Assembly: GCA_040285825.1 (NCBI GenBank) | Contig: JAUPSS010000004.1 | Span: 2,956,550-3,020,549 of the forward strand | Length of the DNA stretch: 64,000 nucleotides | Direction: 5' to 3' | Source of the DNA: Eukaryota sp. TZLM1-RC | Taxonomy: Eukaryota > Protista > Metamonada: BaSk clade | Shown: positions 12,845 through 27,154 of the stretch, one piece after another | Layout: each line of letters begins with the position of its first letter | Numbering within the stretch: the stretch's first letter is position 1 | Notes under the pieces: model-generated | What the model saw: only the letters and a program-made list of their open reading frames with translations | Told to the model about the DNA's origin: nothing | Databases searched by the model: none | Made by a program: the position numbers and the translations under genes

Positions 12845-14877
12845 TTCTAAAAAATGTTCGATTTGTGGTATCAGTGGTCATAATTCGAGAACGTGCCCTG
12901 AGAAACAAAAAAGAGAATTTGAATTAAAATCTGCTCAACAAATTCTCAAATGTTCTGTTCCAGCTGTTGCCGTTGTGAAAGGTGCTGAAAATAATGTTTC
13001 TGACGATCAACAGTTAAATGCTTCTTCCCTTTTAAATGTTCCCTCTTCTTCCCCTTCTGAAAACAGTAATTTTTGTTGTCCATTTTGCAAAAAAGATGTT
13101 GTATTTCTAGATGTATTTCTAGAAAAAATGTTAAGTTAACAATTAATTCCCTCGAAGTTCCATATATTGATTATACTTCAACTAGTTTCTGCTTTCTGGG
13201 TTGCTATTTAGGTTCCGCCGAAAAGACACTTGACAGCCTTGAAAATTATTTAAATTCAATTAAAAAAGAGCTAGAAGTTATAAAGACTCTTGAATTGGAA
13301 AAACATCTTAAGTTTTTTCTTTTGAAAATTTGTTATGCTGGAAAAATTACTCATTTACTGCGATCATTACCTCCATCCCTAACTTACAATTTTTGTAGAC
13401 AATTTAACAAAATACGTACCCAATTTTTGGCCTATTTAATGTCTGTTGATCCATCAATTTTGAAAAATCATATTTTTCTGATGTTCAACTTGGCGGTGTT
13501 GGATTCAATTCATCAAAATATTTGACCAAAGCTGCATTTATTGGTGGTGGAAAAATTTTGTATTTGAATTCTCTAGAAGATATCCTTTGCCGAAAATCTT
13601 CTTGAAAATACAAATAGCATATTCCTGGATAACTTAAGAGAAGAAATATCCAGTTTATCTCCCGACTTATGGCAATCATGTTTCCCCATATCCATTCAAG
13701 AAATTCCAGACAGAAGTTTATATTCATTAAAATTTGCGTTGAAAAAGCTCCAACGACATCTTTTGAAAAATTTTGAAAGCAAGGATTTTATTGTTCGACT
13801 TAGCACGGCTAAGAAAGAAAATCCTGCTTTTGCCAATTTTTGATTGATTTGAAGGACAGTTCATCTGCAGTTTTGATAAATCAAATTCCCCAGATTTATG
13901 GTCTATTTTTGAATGACGACCAATGGACTACTGCTATGAGAATGCGTTGTTATTTATGGCCTTGTAATTTGCCCAATGATTTGTTTTGTAAATGTGGAGC
14001 TGGTTTGACATTATCACATTTATTTAATTGTAATAGATATATTTCCTATCGTTCTACGTTGCATGATGCAGTCAGAGATCAAATCCATGCAATGTGTAAT
14101 TCCTATCATATTGAATCTTTTGTTGAACCTTTGTTGAGGTCTCTTGATATAAATGAAAGCGTAAGAGATTCAGAATATGGAAAACGACGTGCTGATGTTG
14201 TTGTGCCCTCGTTTGATGATGTCATGAATGTTGTTGATGTCGTAACAGTGGATGTATGCAAGAAAAATGCCTTGAAAAATGCTCAATCCGAAGTATCCCC
14301 CTTGATGACTCCGAATTGTACAAACGGAAAAAGTATGCAAATCCTTTAAAAGAATTGAAACATGTTCGCCATGTAGATTACCAAATTTGCCCATTTGCTA
14401 TATCGTTGTATGGTCGTCTTGGAAAAACTGCTTTGAATTTTATTGATGATTTTGAAAATCTTGTGAAAAAAAGAATGAATAAGCGTTTTGATCGTCGCTT
14501 GTGGCTAAATCGTATTGTTTTTACTATTTTCAAATCAATTCCTAAAATGATTTCGAAAGCTTTAATGTCTGTCAGTGCACATTATGAAAACATTGCTGCT
14601 GTAAGGTTTGATGGTGTGGAAGCTTGTTTTGAAGATATTGACTTTTAGACTGTGGTTTTGAAAATAAATTAAAATTAAATTAAAAAAAAAGATGTTGCAG
14701 ATTCACGAAATGGTCGAAAACTTCTGTTTTGTACGAATTGTAAAGCCGTTGATACCGTAAGACCCCCGATCCGGATCCCAGTAGAAATAAGTCCCGCCAG
14801 CACAATCCCCTTCTCAATGGAAATGAGAAATTTTACTTCTGAATTGAAAAATAATAAGTGGAATATTTCATCCTTCT
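12845..14877 (+). mobile_element. Family A N-terminal fragment (12845-13101 + 14685-14877) split by a B insertion
   Basis: Encodes the CCHC knuckle and CPFC; continuous across the TSD. Confidence 0.85.
13102..14690 (+). mobile_element. 5'-truncated family B copy, up to 13-bp TSD
   Basis: AAAAAAGATGTTG at 13089-13101 and 14685-14697; stop at 14648; AATAAA+A9. Confidence 0.9.
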
Positions 14878-16940
14878 TTTTTTTTAAAATTTAATTTTAT
14901 TCTTTTTTTTTTTAAAATTTAATTTTATTCTAAACCTATAAATCAACATCTAAAAAAATCCATCTCTCCCAAAACAAAAACACTAGATGCAACTCTCTCA
15001 TAGTGAGATCCAAGAGAAAGCAAAGCATCAGAAACCATCTTCAACATCCCCTTAAAAATAGAAAACACAATTCTATTTTTGCCAAAACAATCTGTTGAAA
15101 TTTCTGCCAGTTCTTCTCTTTACAATCATTTCAAAATCATCCAAAAAACGTAAAGCAGTTGGTGCAAGTGAACCAAAAAGGGAAAATACAAATGGATACA
15201 AATTGTATTTTGCATGCTGTAGACTGGCCAATTTGGACAAAGGTTCATTGTATTTTTGAATTTAAAATTTTCAGCATTTGAAAGGGGATTATGAATTTCA
15301 GAATTAACAAGCCTTTCATTTGAGGCATTACAAGGATCAACAGACATTACATCCAATAAAATGAAGCTTCCATCTAATCCAAGTAATATGACATCACCTC
15401 TATTATTCTTATGAAAATCATTTTCAGCATCAAACAGATTTGACAACAAAGGTTCCAAGAAGGATTCAATTCTATGAGATTTACACATACAATATAACTG
15501 GTCTCTTACAGCATCATGAACCTTGCTTCTAAAAGTAATAAAATGTTTACAATTTAACAAATGAGTAGTTGTAATTTCTCGAGAACATTTACAAATTAAA
15601 TTATGAGGTAAATTATCAGGCCAGATAAAGGAACGAAATCTCATATTCAGAGTCCAAGCAGAATCGGATAAGAGAGTACCATAAACTTGTGGAATTGTTG
15701 TTACTAAGGCAGAAGAAGTACTGTCACACATATCTTGTAAAAGATTTGCAAAAGCGGGATTCTTTTTCTTGGCCAAGCCAAGTCTAACATCAAAATCCAA
15801 GCTTTCAAAAATCTTTGACAATTTTTGTTGAAGCTTTTTACAGCAAAACTGTAAATTAAATAGAGATCGGTTTGGAATTTCTTGAATTGATTGAGGAAAA
15901 CATTTGGTCCAAATTTGTGGCGGTAATTTTTCAAGTTCACAAGATAACTCATACAAATAGGGACTACAATTGGGGACTAACAGATGAGAATCATCAGGAA
16001 ATCTACGAGAAAATTCATAAATAAAATTTTTGCCACCACCCAAGAATGCTGATTGACACAAAATTGAAGATTTAGTAAAACCAATACCACCCAAATTTGC
16101 TGAAGAAAATAAATGGCTTTTCAACATTCCTGGTTCTACATCCAATAAATCAGCAAAAAAATTCTGTTCTCAATGAATTAAAAGAACGACAAAAATCTAA
16201 TGCTATGGAAGGAGCACAAGATCTCAAAATGTGGGTTATTCTCCCAGTGTAGCAAATTTTAAGCATGAAAAATTTAATATGCTTTTCTATATCTAAAGAA
16301 GAAATTGAATCAAGTTCAATTTTCATTTTTTTCCAAAATACCTTGCAATTCATTCTGAATTTGAGGTACATTTCCTAACCAACAACCAAGGAACTTAAAA
16401 AGCATCACTACTATAATTAGTAAAAGGGACAATAGAATCGTTTATCACGAGGTCTTGAGCAGAAGAGCCAATCAGAAGGCATTTGCTGGCATTAAGATGA
16501 AGCCCAATATTTTCATATGAATCGGCAATTTCTTGAGCAACCAATTCTAGTAAATCAAATGAACCAATCAAGGATATATCATCCATATAAGCAACTATTT
16601 TTATAGAAGGGTATTTTTGCTTAATGATATTTAAAGTTTTGTGAATAGCTAAACAAAACAATAATGGGCCTAAAGGATCTCCCTGCTTCACTCCAGAAGA
16701 TGATTTAAGACCAAATGAATTAAAAATTAAATCTGATTCTTTCCCATAAAAATGGTAGAAAAAAACTCGATAGCTCAGGAAAATCAGATTTAATAACTTC
16801 AAAAATTGCTTCTCGCTTTACAGAATTAAAAGCATTTTTAAAGTCGAGATTAAAAATAAAATTATTTTCCTCTGCATTAAAAAAGGTATCAGAGGCAATA
16901 GCAGCAACAGAAGCACCATCAATTGTTTTGATTCCAAATT
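14877..16940 (-). mobile_element. 5'-truncated family A copy with doubled 3' tail
   Basis: Two poly(T)-AAAATTTAATTTTATTC units at 14877-14930; ORFs 15126-16802. Confidence 0.88.
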
Positions 16941-18884
16941 AAAAATTTGTTTTGATTAATTTTATTCTAAACCTATAAATCAACATCTAAAAAATCCATC
17001 TCTCCCAAAACAAAAACACTAGATGCAACTCTCTCATAGTGAGATCCAAGAGAAAGCAAAGCATCAGAAACCATCTTCAACATCCCCTTAAAAATAGAGA
17101 ACACAATTCTATTTTGCCAAAACAATCTGTTGAAATTTCTGCCAGTTCTTCTCTTTACAATCATTTCAAAATCATCCAAAAAACGTAAAGCAGTTGGTGC
17201 AAGTGAACCAAAAAGGGAAAATACAAATGGATACAAATTGTATTTTGCATGCTGTAGACTGGCCAATTTGGACAAAGGTTCATTGTATTTTTGAATTTAA
17301 AATTTTCAGCATTTGAAAGGGGATTATGAATTTCAGAATTAACAAGCCTTTCATTTGAGGCATTACAAGGATCAACAGACATTACATCCAATCAAATGAA
17401 GCTTCCATCTAATCCAGGTAATATGACATCACCTCTATTATTCTTATGAAAATCATTTTCAGCATCAAACAGATTTGACAACAAAGGTTCCAAGAAGGAT
17501 TCAATTCTATGAGATTTACACATACAATATAACTGGTCTCTTACAGCATCATGAACCTTGCTTCTAAAAGTAATAAAATGTTTACAATTTAACAAATGAG
17601 TAGTTGTAATTTCTCGAGAACATTTACAAATTAAATTATGAGGTAAATTATCAGGCCAGATAAAGGAACGAAATCTCATATTCAGAGTCCAAGCAGAATC
17701 GGATAAGAGAGTACCATAAACTTGTGGAATTGTTGTTACTAAGGCAGAAGAAGTACTGTCACACATATCTTGTAAAAGATTTGCAAAAGCGGGATTCTTT
17801 TTCTTGGCCAAGCCAAGTCTAACATCAAAATCCAAGCTTTCAAAAATCTTTGACAATTTTTGTTGAAGCTTTTTACAGCAAAACTGTAAATTAAATAGAG
17901 ATCGGTTTGGAATTTCTTGAATTGATTGAGGAAAACATTTGGTCCAAATTTGTGGCGGTAATTTTCAAGTTCACAAGATAACTCATACAAATAGGGACTA
18001 CAATTGGGGACTAACAGATGAGAATCATCAGGAAATCTACGAGAAAATTCATAAATAAAATTTTTGCCACCACCCAAGAATGCTGATTGACACAAAATTG
18101 AAGATTTAGTAAAACCAATACCACCCAAATTTGCTGAAGAAAATAAATGGCTTTTCAACATTCCTGGTTCTACATCCAATAAATCAGCAAAAATTCTGTT
18201 CTCAATGAATTAAAAGAACGACAAAAATCTAATGCTATGGAAGGAGCACAAGATCTCAAAATGTGGGTTATTCTCCCAGTGTAGCAAATTTTAAGCATGA
18301 AAAATTTAATATGCTTTTCTATATCTAAAGAAGAAATTGAATCAAGTTCAATTTTCATTTTTCCAAAATAACTTGCAATTCATTCTGAATTTGAGGCACA
18401 TTTCCTAACCAACAACCAAGGAACTTAAAAGCATCACTACTATAATTAGTAAAAGGGACAATAGAATCGTTTATCACGAGGTCTTGAGCAGAAGAGCCAA
18501 TCAGAAGGCATTTGCTGGCATTAAGATGAAGCCCAATATTTTCATATGAATCGGCAATTTCTTGAGCAACCAATTCTAGTAAATCAAATGAACCAATCAA
18601 GGATATATCATCCATATAAGCAACTATTTTTATAGAAGGGTATTTTTGCTTAATGATATTTAAAGTTTTGTGAATAGCTAAACAAAACAATAATGGGCCT
18701 AAAGGATCTCCCTGCTTCACTCCAGAAGATGATTTAAGACCAAATGAATTAAAAATTAAATCTGATTCTTTCCCATAAAAATGGTAGAAAAAAACTCGAT
18801 AGCTCAGGAAAATCAGATTTAATAACTTCAAAAATTACTTCTCGCTTTGCAGAATTAAAAGCATTTTTAAAGTCGAGATTAAAT
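16941..18884 (-). mobile_element. 5'-truncated family A copy with degenerate tail
   Basis: ORFs 16973-18831. Confidence 0.88.
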
Positions 18885-19151
18885 ATTTCATCCTTCTGGA
18901 AATATTTTGCTAGAAAAAACAAAAATTGTTTTCAGAAAAAATTTGGAAATAGAAAAATTGTAAAATCAAAAATTTGCCGTAAATTGTGCTTACGTGGTCG
19001 TTATGGTGCCGCAAAGCAGTCTTTGTTTTCCTCTTCTTTGGCTGATGCAAACTCTGATACCCTTGAAAAACTTCAAAAGTTGCATCCTCAAGAAAATTTC
19101 AAGTGCAGCAAGCCTGAAGTGTGTCCTTTTTGGATTGAAAATCCTATTACT

Positions 19152-21937
19152 GAAATGGTCGAAAACTTCTGTTTTGTACGAATTGTAAAGCCGTTGATAC
19201 CGTAAGACCCCCGATCCGGATCCCAGTAGAAATAAGTCCCGCCAGCACAATCCCCTTCTCAATGGAAATGAGAAATTTTACTTCTGAATTGAAAAATAAT
19301 AAGTGGAATATTTCATCCTTCTGGAAATATTTTGCTAGAAAAAACAAAAATTGTTTTAAGAAAAAATTTGGAAATAGAAAAATTGTAAAATCAAAAATTT
19401 GCCGTAAATTGTGCTTACGTGGTCGTTATGGTGCCGCAAAGCAGTCTTTGTTTTCCTCTTCTTTGGCTGATGCAAACTCTGATACCCTTGAAAAACTTCA
19501 AAAGTTGCATCCTCAAGAAAATTTCAAGTGCAGCAAGCCTGAAGTGTGTCCATTTTGGATTGAAAATCCTATTACTGCAATTGAAGTTCTTAAAGCTATT
19601 CAAAAATTGCCAAAGGGGAAAGCAGCAGGCCCATCTGGAATTTCTTTTGATCTGTTAAAAATAGCGTGTTCCAGTGCTCCCGAAATTGCTGATGATCTAG
19701 CCCACTATTTTCAACAATTGATTGTTTTGAAAATTAATCCTCCATTTGAATTACTCGCAGCACGTCTGATTGCTTTAGTAAAGCCTGGAAACGGAATCAA
19801 ACCTGATGGAATACGCCCAATTGCTGTTGGTGAATCTCTTTCTCGTTTGCTAGCATCAATTGTCTTCGATCGTGTCAAAGACAAAGCTTCTACATTTTTG
19901 AATCCTCATCAATTTGGAATCAAAACAATTGATGGTGCTTCTGTTGCTGCTATTGCCTCTGATACCTTTTTTAATGCAGAGGAAAATAATTTTATTTTTA
20001 ATCTCGACTTTAAAAATGCTTTTAATTCTGTAAAGCGAGAAGTAATTTTTGAAGTTATTAAATCTGATTTTCCTGAGCTATCGAGTTTTTCTACCATTTT
20101 TATGGGAAAGAATCAGATTTAATTTTTAATTCATTTGGTCTTAAATCATCTTCTGGAGTGAAGCAGGGAGATCCTTTAGGCCCATTATTGTTTTGTTTAG
20201 CTATTCACAAAACTTTAAATATCATTAAGCAAAAATACCCTTCTATAAAAATAGTTGCTTATATGGATGATATATCCTTGATTGGTTCATTTGATTTACT
20301 AGAATTGGTTGCTCAAGAAATTGCCGATTCATATGAAAATATTGGGCTTCATCTTAATGCCAGCAAATGCCTTCTGATTGGCTCTTCTGCTCAAGACCTC
20401 GTGATAAACGATTCTATTGTCCCTTTTACTAATTATAGTAGTGATGCTTTTAAGTTCCTTGGTTGTTGGTTAGGAAATGTGCCTCAAATTCAGAATGAAT
20501 TGCAAGTTATTTTGGAAAAAATGAAAATTGAACTTGATTCAATTTCTTCTTTAGATATAGAAAAGCATATTAAATTTTTCATGCTTAAAATTTGCTACAC
20601 TGGGAGAATAACCCACATTTTGAGATCTTGTGCTCCTTCCATAGCATTAGATTTTTGTCGTTCTTTTAATTCATTGAGAACAGAATTTTTTTGCTGATTT
20701 ATTGGATGTAGAACCAGGAATGTTGAAAAGCCATTTATTTTCTTCAGCAAATTTGGGTGGTATTGGTTTTACTAAATCTTCAATTTTGTGTCAATCAGCA
20801 TTCTTGGGTGGTGGCAAAAATTTTATTTATGAATTTTCTCGTAGATTTCCTGATGATTCTCATCTGTTAGTCCCCAATTGTAGTCCCTATTTGTATGAGT
20901 TATCTTGTGAACTTGAAAAATTACCGCCACAAATTTGGACCAAATGTTTTCCTCAATCAATTCAAGAAATTCCAAACCGATCTCTATTTAATTTACAGTT
21001 TTGCTGTAAAAAGCTTCAACAAAAATTGTCAAAGATTTTTGAAAGCTTGGATTTTGATGTTAGACTTGGCTTGGCCAAGAAAAAGAATCCCGCTTTTGCA
21101 AATCTTTTACAAGATATGTGTGACAGTACTTCTTCTGCCTTAGTAACAACAATTCCACAAGTTTATGGTACTCTCTTATCCGATTCTGCTTGGACTCTGA
21201 ATATGAGATTTCGTTCCTTTATCTGGCCTGATAATTTACCTCATAATTTAATTTGTAAATGTTCTCGAGAAATTACAACTACTCATTTGTTAAATTGTAA
21301 ACATTTTATTACTTTTAGAAGCAAGGTTCATGATGCTGTAAGAGACCAGTTATATTGTATGTGTAAATCTCATAGAATTGAATCCTTCTTGGAACCTTTG
21401 TTGTCAAATCTGTTTGATGCTGAAAATGATTTTCATAAGAATAATAGAGGTGATGTCATATTACCTGGATTAGATGGAAGCTTCATTTTATTGGATGTAA
21501 TGTCTGTTGATCCTTGTAATGCCTCAAATGAAAGGCTTGTTAATTCTGAAATTCATAATCCCCTTTCAAATGCTGAAAATTTTAAATTCAAAAAATACAA
21601 TGAACCTTTGTCCAAATTGGCCAGTCTACAGCATGCAAAATACAATTTGTATCCATTTGTATTTTCCCTTTTGGTTCACTTGCACCAACTGCTTTACGTT
21701 TTTGGATGATTTTGAAATGATTGTAAAGAGAAGAACTGGCAGAAATTTCAACAGATTGTTTTGGCAAAATAGAATTGTGTTCTCTATTTTTAAGGGGATG
21801 TTGAAGATGGTTTCTGATGCTTTGCTTTCTCTTGGATCTCACTAATGGAGAGTTGCATCTAGTGTTTTTGTTTTGGGAGAGATGGATTTTTAGATGTTGA
21901 TTTATAGGTTTAGAATAAAATTAAATTTTAAAAAAAA
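19152..21937 (+). mobile_element. 2.8-kb 5'-truncated family A copy inside an A fragment (18882-19156 + 21938-22003), 11-bp TSD
   Basis: ATTACTGAAAT at 19146-19156 and 21938-21948 (shares the private C>A variant). Confidence 0.9.
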
Positions 21938-22002
21938 ATTACTGAAATTGAAGTTCTTAAAGCTATTCAAAAATTGCCAAAGGGGAAAGCAGCAGGCCCA
22001 TC

Positions 22003-22697
22003 TTTTTAATTTATTGAATTTGCACACTTGATTAAATTAAATCATAACTAATGGGACGACTATCATTAAACCAAGATTTCCTCTACAAAATCTTGATCTG
22101 CTTGCTGTCTAGCTAAAGCTTCTCTTATTCGATTGAAAAACCGTGGTAATCTATTAATAATGGCAAATTGAATCGGTGAACGCCATAAAAAAAATATCAA
22201 ATCTTTTCATTGTTTTTTCTTTCACCATTTTTTGGAAGTCATCCAAAAAAGTTTCTGCTTCAACTGATAATCTTCCATTTATCGAAAATGGAAAAGCAAT
22301 AAAAACCAGCTGTGTATTTCTATCGATATTTGCATCTTCAATTTCTTTATCATATTTTCTATGTTTTTCTTTTGCTTTAAAATCCAGAGCAGCCACAGGA
22401 TTAAGTTTTCTTCTGTGAACCAAAGTATCGTTTGCAACATTACATGAGACAAAGTCAACAATAGCTTCAGAATTATCAATCCAATCACAGTATACATCAC
22501 CTCTATCATCAGAACTAAAAATTATTCAGAGAAAGTGTTTCCTTCAGCAGGGGCTCTTTGATACACGATATCCTTGCAGTTTGTGCCATATTAAAAACAG
22601 TGTCTCTAACAGCATCATGTAATGAAGAACGATAAGTTATCAATTTAGAGCAATTTAGAGCATGGCGCAAAGTGAGTTGAGGTGAATTCGAACAAAT
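22003..22697 (-). mobile_element. Family C 3' fragment (RLE)
   Basis: Matches 11112-11798. Confidence 0.88.
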
Positions 22698-23359
22698 TAA
22701 GCAAAAATACCCTTCTATAAAAATAGTTGCTTATATGGATGATATATCCTTGATTGGTTCATTTGATTTACTAGAATTGGTTGCTCAAGACATAGAATTG
22801 AATCCTTCTTGGAACCTTTGTTGTCAAATCTGTTTGATGCTGAAAATGATTTTCATAAGAATAATAGAGGTGATGTCATATTACCTGGATTAGATGGAAG
22901 CTTCATTTTATTGGATGTAATGTCTGTTGATCCTTGTAATGCCTCAAATGAAAGGCTTGTTAATTCTGAAATTCATAATCCCCTTTCAAATGCTGAAAAT
23001 TTTAAATTCAAAAATACAATGAACCTTTGTCCAAATTGGCCAGTCTACAGCATGCAAAATACAATTTGTATCCATTTGTATTTTCCCTTTTTGGTTCACT
23101 TGCACCAACTGCTTTACGTTTTTTGGATGATTTTGAAATGATTGTAAAGAGAAGAACTGGCAGAAATTTCAACAGATTGTTTTGGCAAAATAGAATTGTG
23201 TTTTCTATTTTTAAGGGGATGTTGAAGATGGTTTCTGATGCTTTGCTTTCTCTTGGATCTCACTATGAGAGAGTTGCATCTAGTGTTTTTGTTTTGGGAG
23301 AGATGGATTTTTTAGATGTTGATTTATAGGTTTAGAATAAAATTAAATTTAAAAAAAAA
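22696..23359 (+). mobile_element. Family A pieces: YMDD fragment (22696-22790) joined to 3' end with tail (22791-23359)
   Basis: Direct match to A; poly(A) at 23351. Confidence 0.85.
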
Positions 23360-24856
23360 TTTCCTAACCAACAACCAAGGAACTTAAAAGCATCACTACT
23401 ATAATTAGTAAAAGGGACAATAGAATCGTTTATCACGAGGTCTTGAGCAGAAGAGCCAATCAGAAGGCATTTGCTGGCATTAAGATGAAGCCCAATATTT
23501 TCATATGAATCGGCAATTTCTTGAGCAACCAATTCTAGTAAATCAAATGAACCAATCAAGGATATATCATCCATATAAGCAACTATTTTTATAGAAGGGT
23601 ATTTTTGCTTAATGATATTTAAAGTTTTGTGAATAGCTAAACAAAACAATAATGGGCCTAAAGGATCTCCCTGCTTCACTCCAAAAGATGATTTAAGACC
23701 AAATGAATTAAAAATTAAATCTGATTCATTCCCATAAAAATGGTAGAAAAAACTCGATAGCTCAGGAAAATCAGATTTAATAACTTCAAAAATTACTTCT
23801 CGCTTTACAGAATTAAAAGCATTTTTAAAGTCGAGATTAAAAATAAAATTATTTTCCTCTGCATTAAAAAAGGTATCAGAGGCAATAGCAGCAACAGAAG
23901 CACCATCAATTGTTTTGATTCCAAATTGATGAGGATTCAAAAATGTAGAAGCTTTGTCTTTGACACGATCGAAGACAATTGATGCTAGCAAACGAGAAAG
24001 AGATTCACCAACAGCAATTGGGCGTATTCCATCAGGTTTGATTCCGTTTCCAGGCTTTACTAAAGCAATCAGACGTGCTGCGAGTAATTCAAATGGAGGA
24101 TTAAAATATTTTTAAAATGTTATTTTAGATGCTGCTCTAGATTTTACGTGCTGCGAGTAATTCCAATGGAGGATTTATTTTCAAAACAATCAATTGTTGA
24201 AAATAGTGGGCTAGATCATCAGCAATTTCGGGAGCACTGGAACACGCTATTTTTAACAGATCAAAAGAAATTCCAGATGGGCCTGCTGCTTTCCCCTTTG
24301 GCAATTTTTGAATAGCTTTAAGAACTTCAATTGCAGTAATAGGATTTTCAATCCAAAATGGACACACTTCAGGCTTGCTGCACTTGAAATTTTCTTGAGG
24401 ATGCAACTTTTGAAGTTTTTCAAGGGTATCAGAGTTTGCATCAGCCAAAGAAGAGGAAAACAAAGACTGCTTTGCGGCACCATAACGACCACGTAAGCAC
24501 AATTTACGGCAAATTTTTGATTTTACAATTTTTCTATTTCCAAATTTTTTCTTAAAACAATTTTTGTTTTTTCTAGCAAAATATTTCCAGAAGGATGAAA
24601 TATTCCACTTATTATTTTTCAATTCAGAAGTAAAATTTCTCATTTCCATTGAGAAGGGGATTGTGCTGGCGGGACTTATTTCTACTGGGATCCGGATCGG
24701 GGGTCTTACGGTATCAACGGCTTTACAATTCGTACAAAACAGAAGTTTTCGACCATTTCGTGAATCTGCAACATCTTTTTTGCAAAATGGACAACAAAAA
24801 TTACTGTTTTCAGAAGGGGAAGAAGAGGGAACACTAGAAGCATTTAACTGTTGATC
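23359..24856 (-). mobile_element. Family A internal fragment (RT) with 43-bp filler at 24103-24145
   Basis: ORFs 23332-23991 and 24137-24925. Confidence 0.85.
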
Positions 24857-25058
24857 CCGCTTTTGCAAATCTTTTACAAGATATGTGTGACAGTACTTCT
24901 TCTGCCTTAGTAACAACAATTTCACAAGTTTATGGTACTCTCTTATCCGATTCTGCTTGGACTCTGAATATGAGATTTCGTTCCTTTACCTGGCCTGATA
25001 ATTTACCTCATAATTTAATTTGTAAATGTTCTCGAGAAATTACAACTACTCATTTGTT
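24854..25058 (+). mobile_element. Family A short fragment
   Basis: ORF 24883-25077 N-terminal part matches A. Confidence 0.8.
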
Positions 25059-25696
25059 CAGTAAATTTTTTTATTAAATTAGCTAAATACTACGACAATT
25101 CAGAAATTCCTCATCCAACTACTCCACTACTAGTAGTCAATACTCCAAAAAGACACTGAACAACCAGCACACAACCAAAAAGTACATGATTGACATTACT
25201 AAGCGGCCGTCTGAGATGATCCAAGAGCGTTTTAAAGGCGACAGCAAGCTTTTCATCACACATACGATAGTTAGAACCAGCAACAACATCCAATAAGAAG
25301 AGTGAGAATTTGATCTCAAGAACAACTAACCAACCCTTCAGTAAACAGATCACAAACTTTCTACTTCCATTACTAAGCGGCCGTCTAAGAAGCTCCAAGA
25401 GCGGTTTAAAGGCGACAGCAAGCTTTTCATGAGAAGAGAAATGCAAACATCTGCTGATGGTCAAGTCAAATTGAACAAGAAACAAAATGCTTGTGAGAAG
25501 GGAACTAATTTGTCTCCAAATTGATGTTTCGAAGGATGATGTTATCAGTGGAAGAACATTCAGTAGAGTCAACAAAGAAGGGGGAGACAACGCAGAGTAA
25601 TATGGAATAATTGTTGAGAAAACAATAGGAGGGCCTGGACCGTGATAAGGGAGGTTTTCAACAATCATGATGGAGAGGAAGGAAGTTCAGTTGTTC
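25059..25696. other. Unique non-A/B/C island with an internal 63-bp direct repeat and a possible 185-aa minus-strand ORF (25111-25668)
   Basis: No match elsewhere in the window; repeat copies at 25194-25256 and 25368-25430. Confidence 0.7.
25194..25430. repeat. 63-bp direct repeat, 2 copies, 4 mismatches
   Basis: CATTACTAAGCGGCCGTCT...AAAGGCGACAGCAAGCTTTTCAT at 25194-25256 and 25368-25430. Confidence 0.9.
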
Positions 25697-27154
25697 TTTT
25701 TTTCTCCCTCCCTTAGTCAACCCTTTCATATTTCACTTTCTGTCAAGGCGTCAAAGTCGTACTGTTTCTCTGTCAAAACGATGCCTTTGGCTGATAGTGA
25801 CTCTGATACTGATTGGAACGCCCAAGCAAAGATTCTACCAGTCAGATCAAGCTCATCCACTCCACTTCCCCACTCTCCCCACAATACAAGCTATGCTCGA
25901 AATTCATCTCAAAAAAATTTTCATTCAAAAACTGATCATTGTACCAGAAAAAACACAGAAAAACCACCATTACGTTCCTTGCGTTCTGTTGCGCGTTCTA
26001 TTAACAACTCCGTTTCTCGAAATTTGTTTTCTCCAGCTGAAACTGCAAAAAGTCAAAAGTCTATTTCTACTTTTAACTCAAAAATTGACAAAATTGAAAG
26101 AACTGAAAAAATGAAACCACTGCCATTAAAAGGTTCCAAAAAATGTTCGATTTGTGGTATCAGTGGTCATAATTCGAGAACGTGCCCTGAGAAACAAAAA
26201 AAGAGAATTTGAATTAAAATCTGCTCAACAAATTCTCAAATGTTCTGTTCCAGCTGTTGCCGTTGTGAAAGGTGCTGAAAATAATGTTTCTGACGATCAA
26301 CAGTTAAATGCTTCTAGTGTTCCCTCTTCTTCCCCTTCTGAAAACAGTAATTTTTGTTGTCCATTTTGCAAAAAAGATGTTGCAGATTCACGAAATGGTC
26401 GAAAACTTCTGTTTTGTACGAATTGTAAAGCCGTTGATACCGTAAGACCCCCGATCCGGATCCCAGTAGAAATAAGTCCCGCCATCACAATCCCCTTCTC
26501 AATGGAAATGAGAAATTTTACTTCTGAATTGAAAAATAATAAGTGGAATATTTCATCCTTCTGGAAATATTTTGCTAGAAAAAACAAAAATTGTTTTAAG
26601 AAAAAATTTGGAAATAGAAAAATTGTAAAATCAAAAATTTGCCGTAAATTGTGCTTACGTGGTCGTTATGGTGCCGCAAAGCAGTCTTTGATTTCCTCTT
26701 CTTTGGCTGATGCAAACTCTGATACCCTTGAAAAACTTCAAAAGTTGCATCCTCAAGAAAATTTCAAGTGCAGCAAGCCTGAAGTGTGTCCTTTTTGGAT
26801 TGAAAATCCTATTACTGCAATTGAAGTTCTTAAAGCTATTCAAAAATTGCCAAAGGGGAAAGCAGCAGGCCCATCTGGAATTTCTTTTGATCTGTTAAAA
26901 ATAGCGTGTTCCAGTGCTCCCGAAATTGCTGATGATCTAGCCCACTATTTTCAACAATTGATTGTTTTGAAAATTAATCCTCCATTTGAATTACTCGCAG
27001 CACGTCTGATTGCTTTAGTAAAGCCTGGAAACGGAATCAAACCTGATGGAATACGCCCAATTGCTGTTGGTGAATCTCTTTCTCGATTGCTAGCATCAAT
27101 TGTCTTCGATCGTGTCAAAGACAAAGCTTCTACATTTTTGAATCCTCATCAATT
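25697..27154 (+). mobile_element. Family A 5' half with complete 5' end, cut by B
   Basis: T7-CTCCCTCCC; ATG at 25781 (MPLADSDSD); ends at CATCAATTT. Confidence 0.9.

Noticed and set aside
25194-25430. CRISPR-like repeat-spacer unit
   Set aside because: Only two 63-bp copies with a 111-bp spacer, in a eukaryotic context
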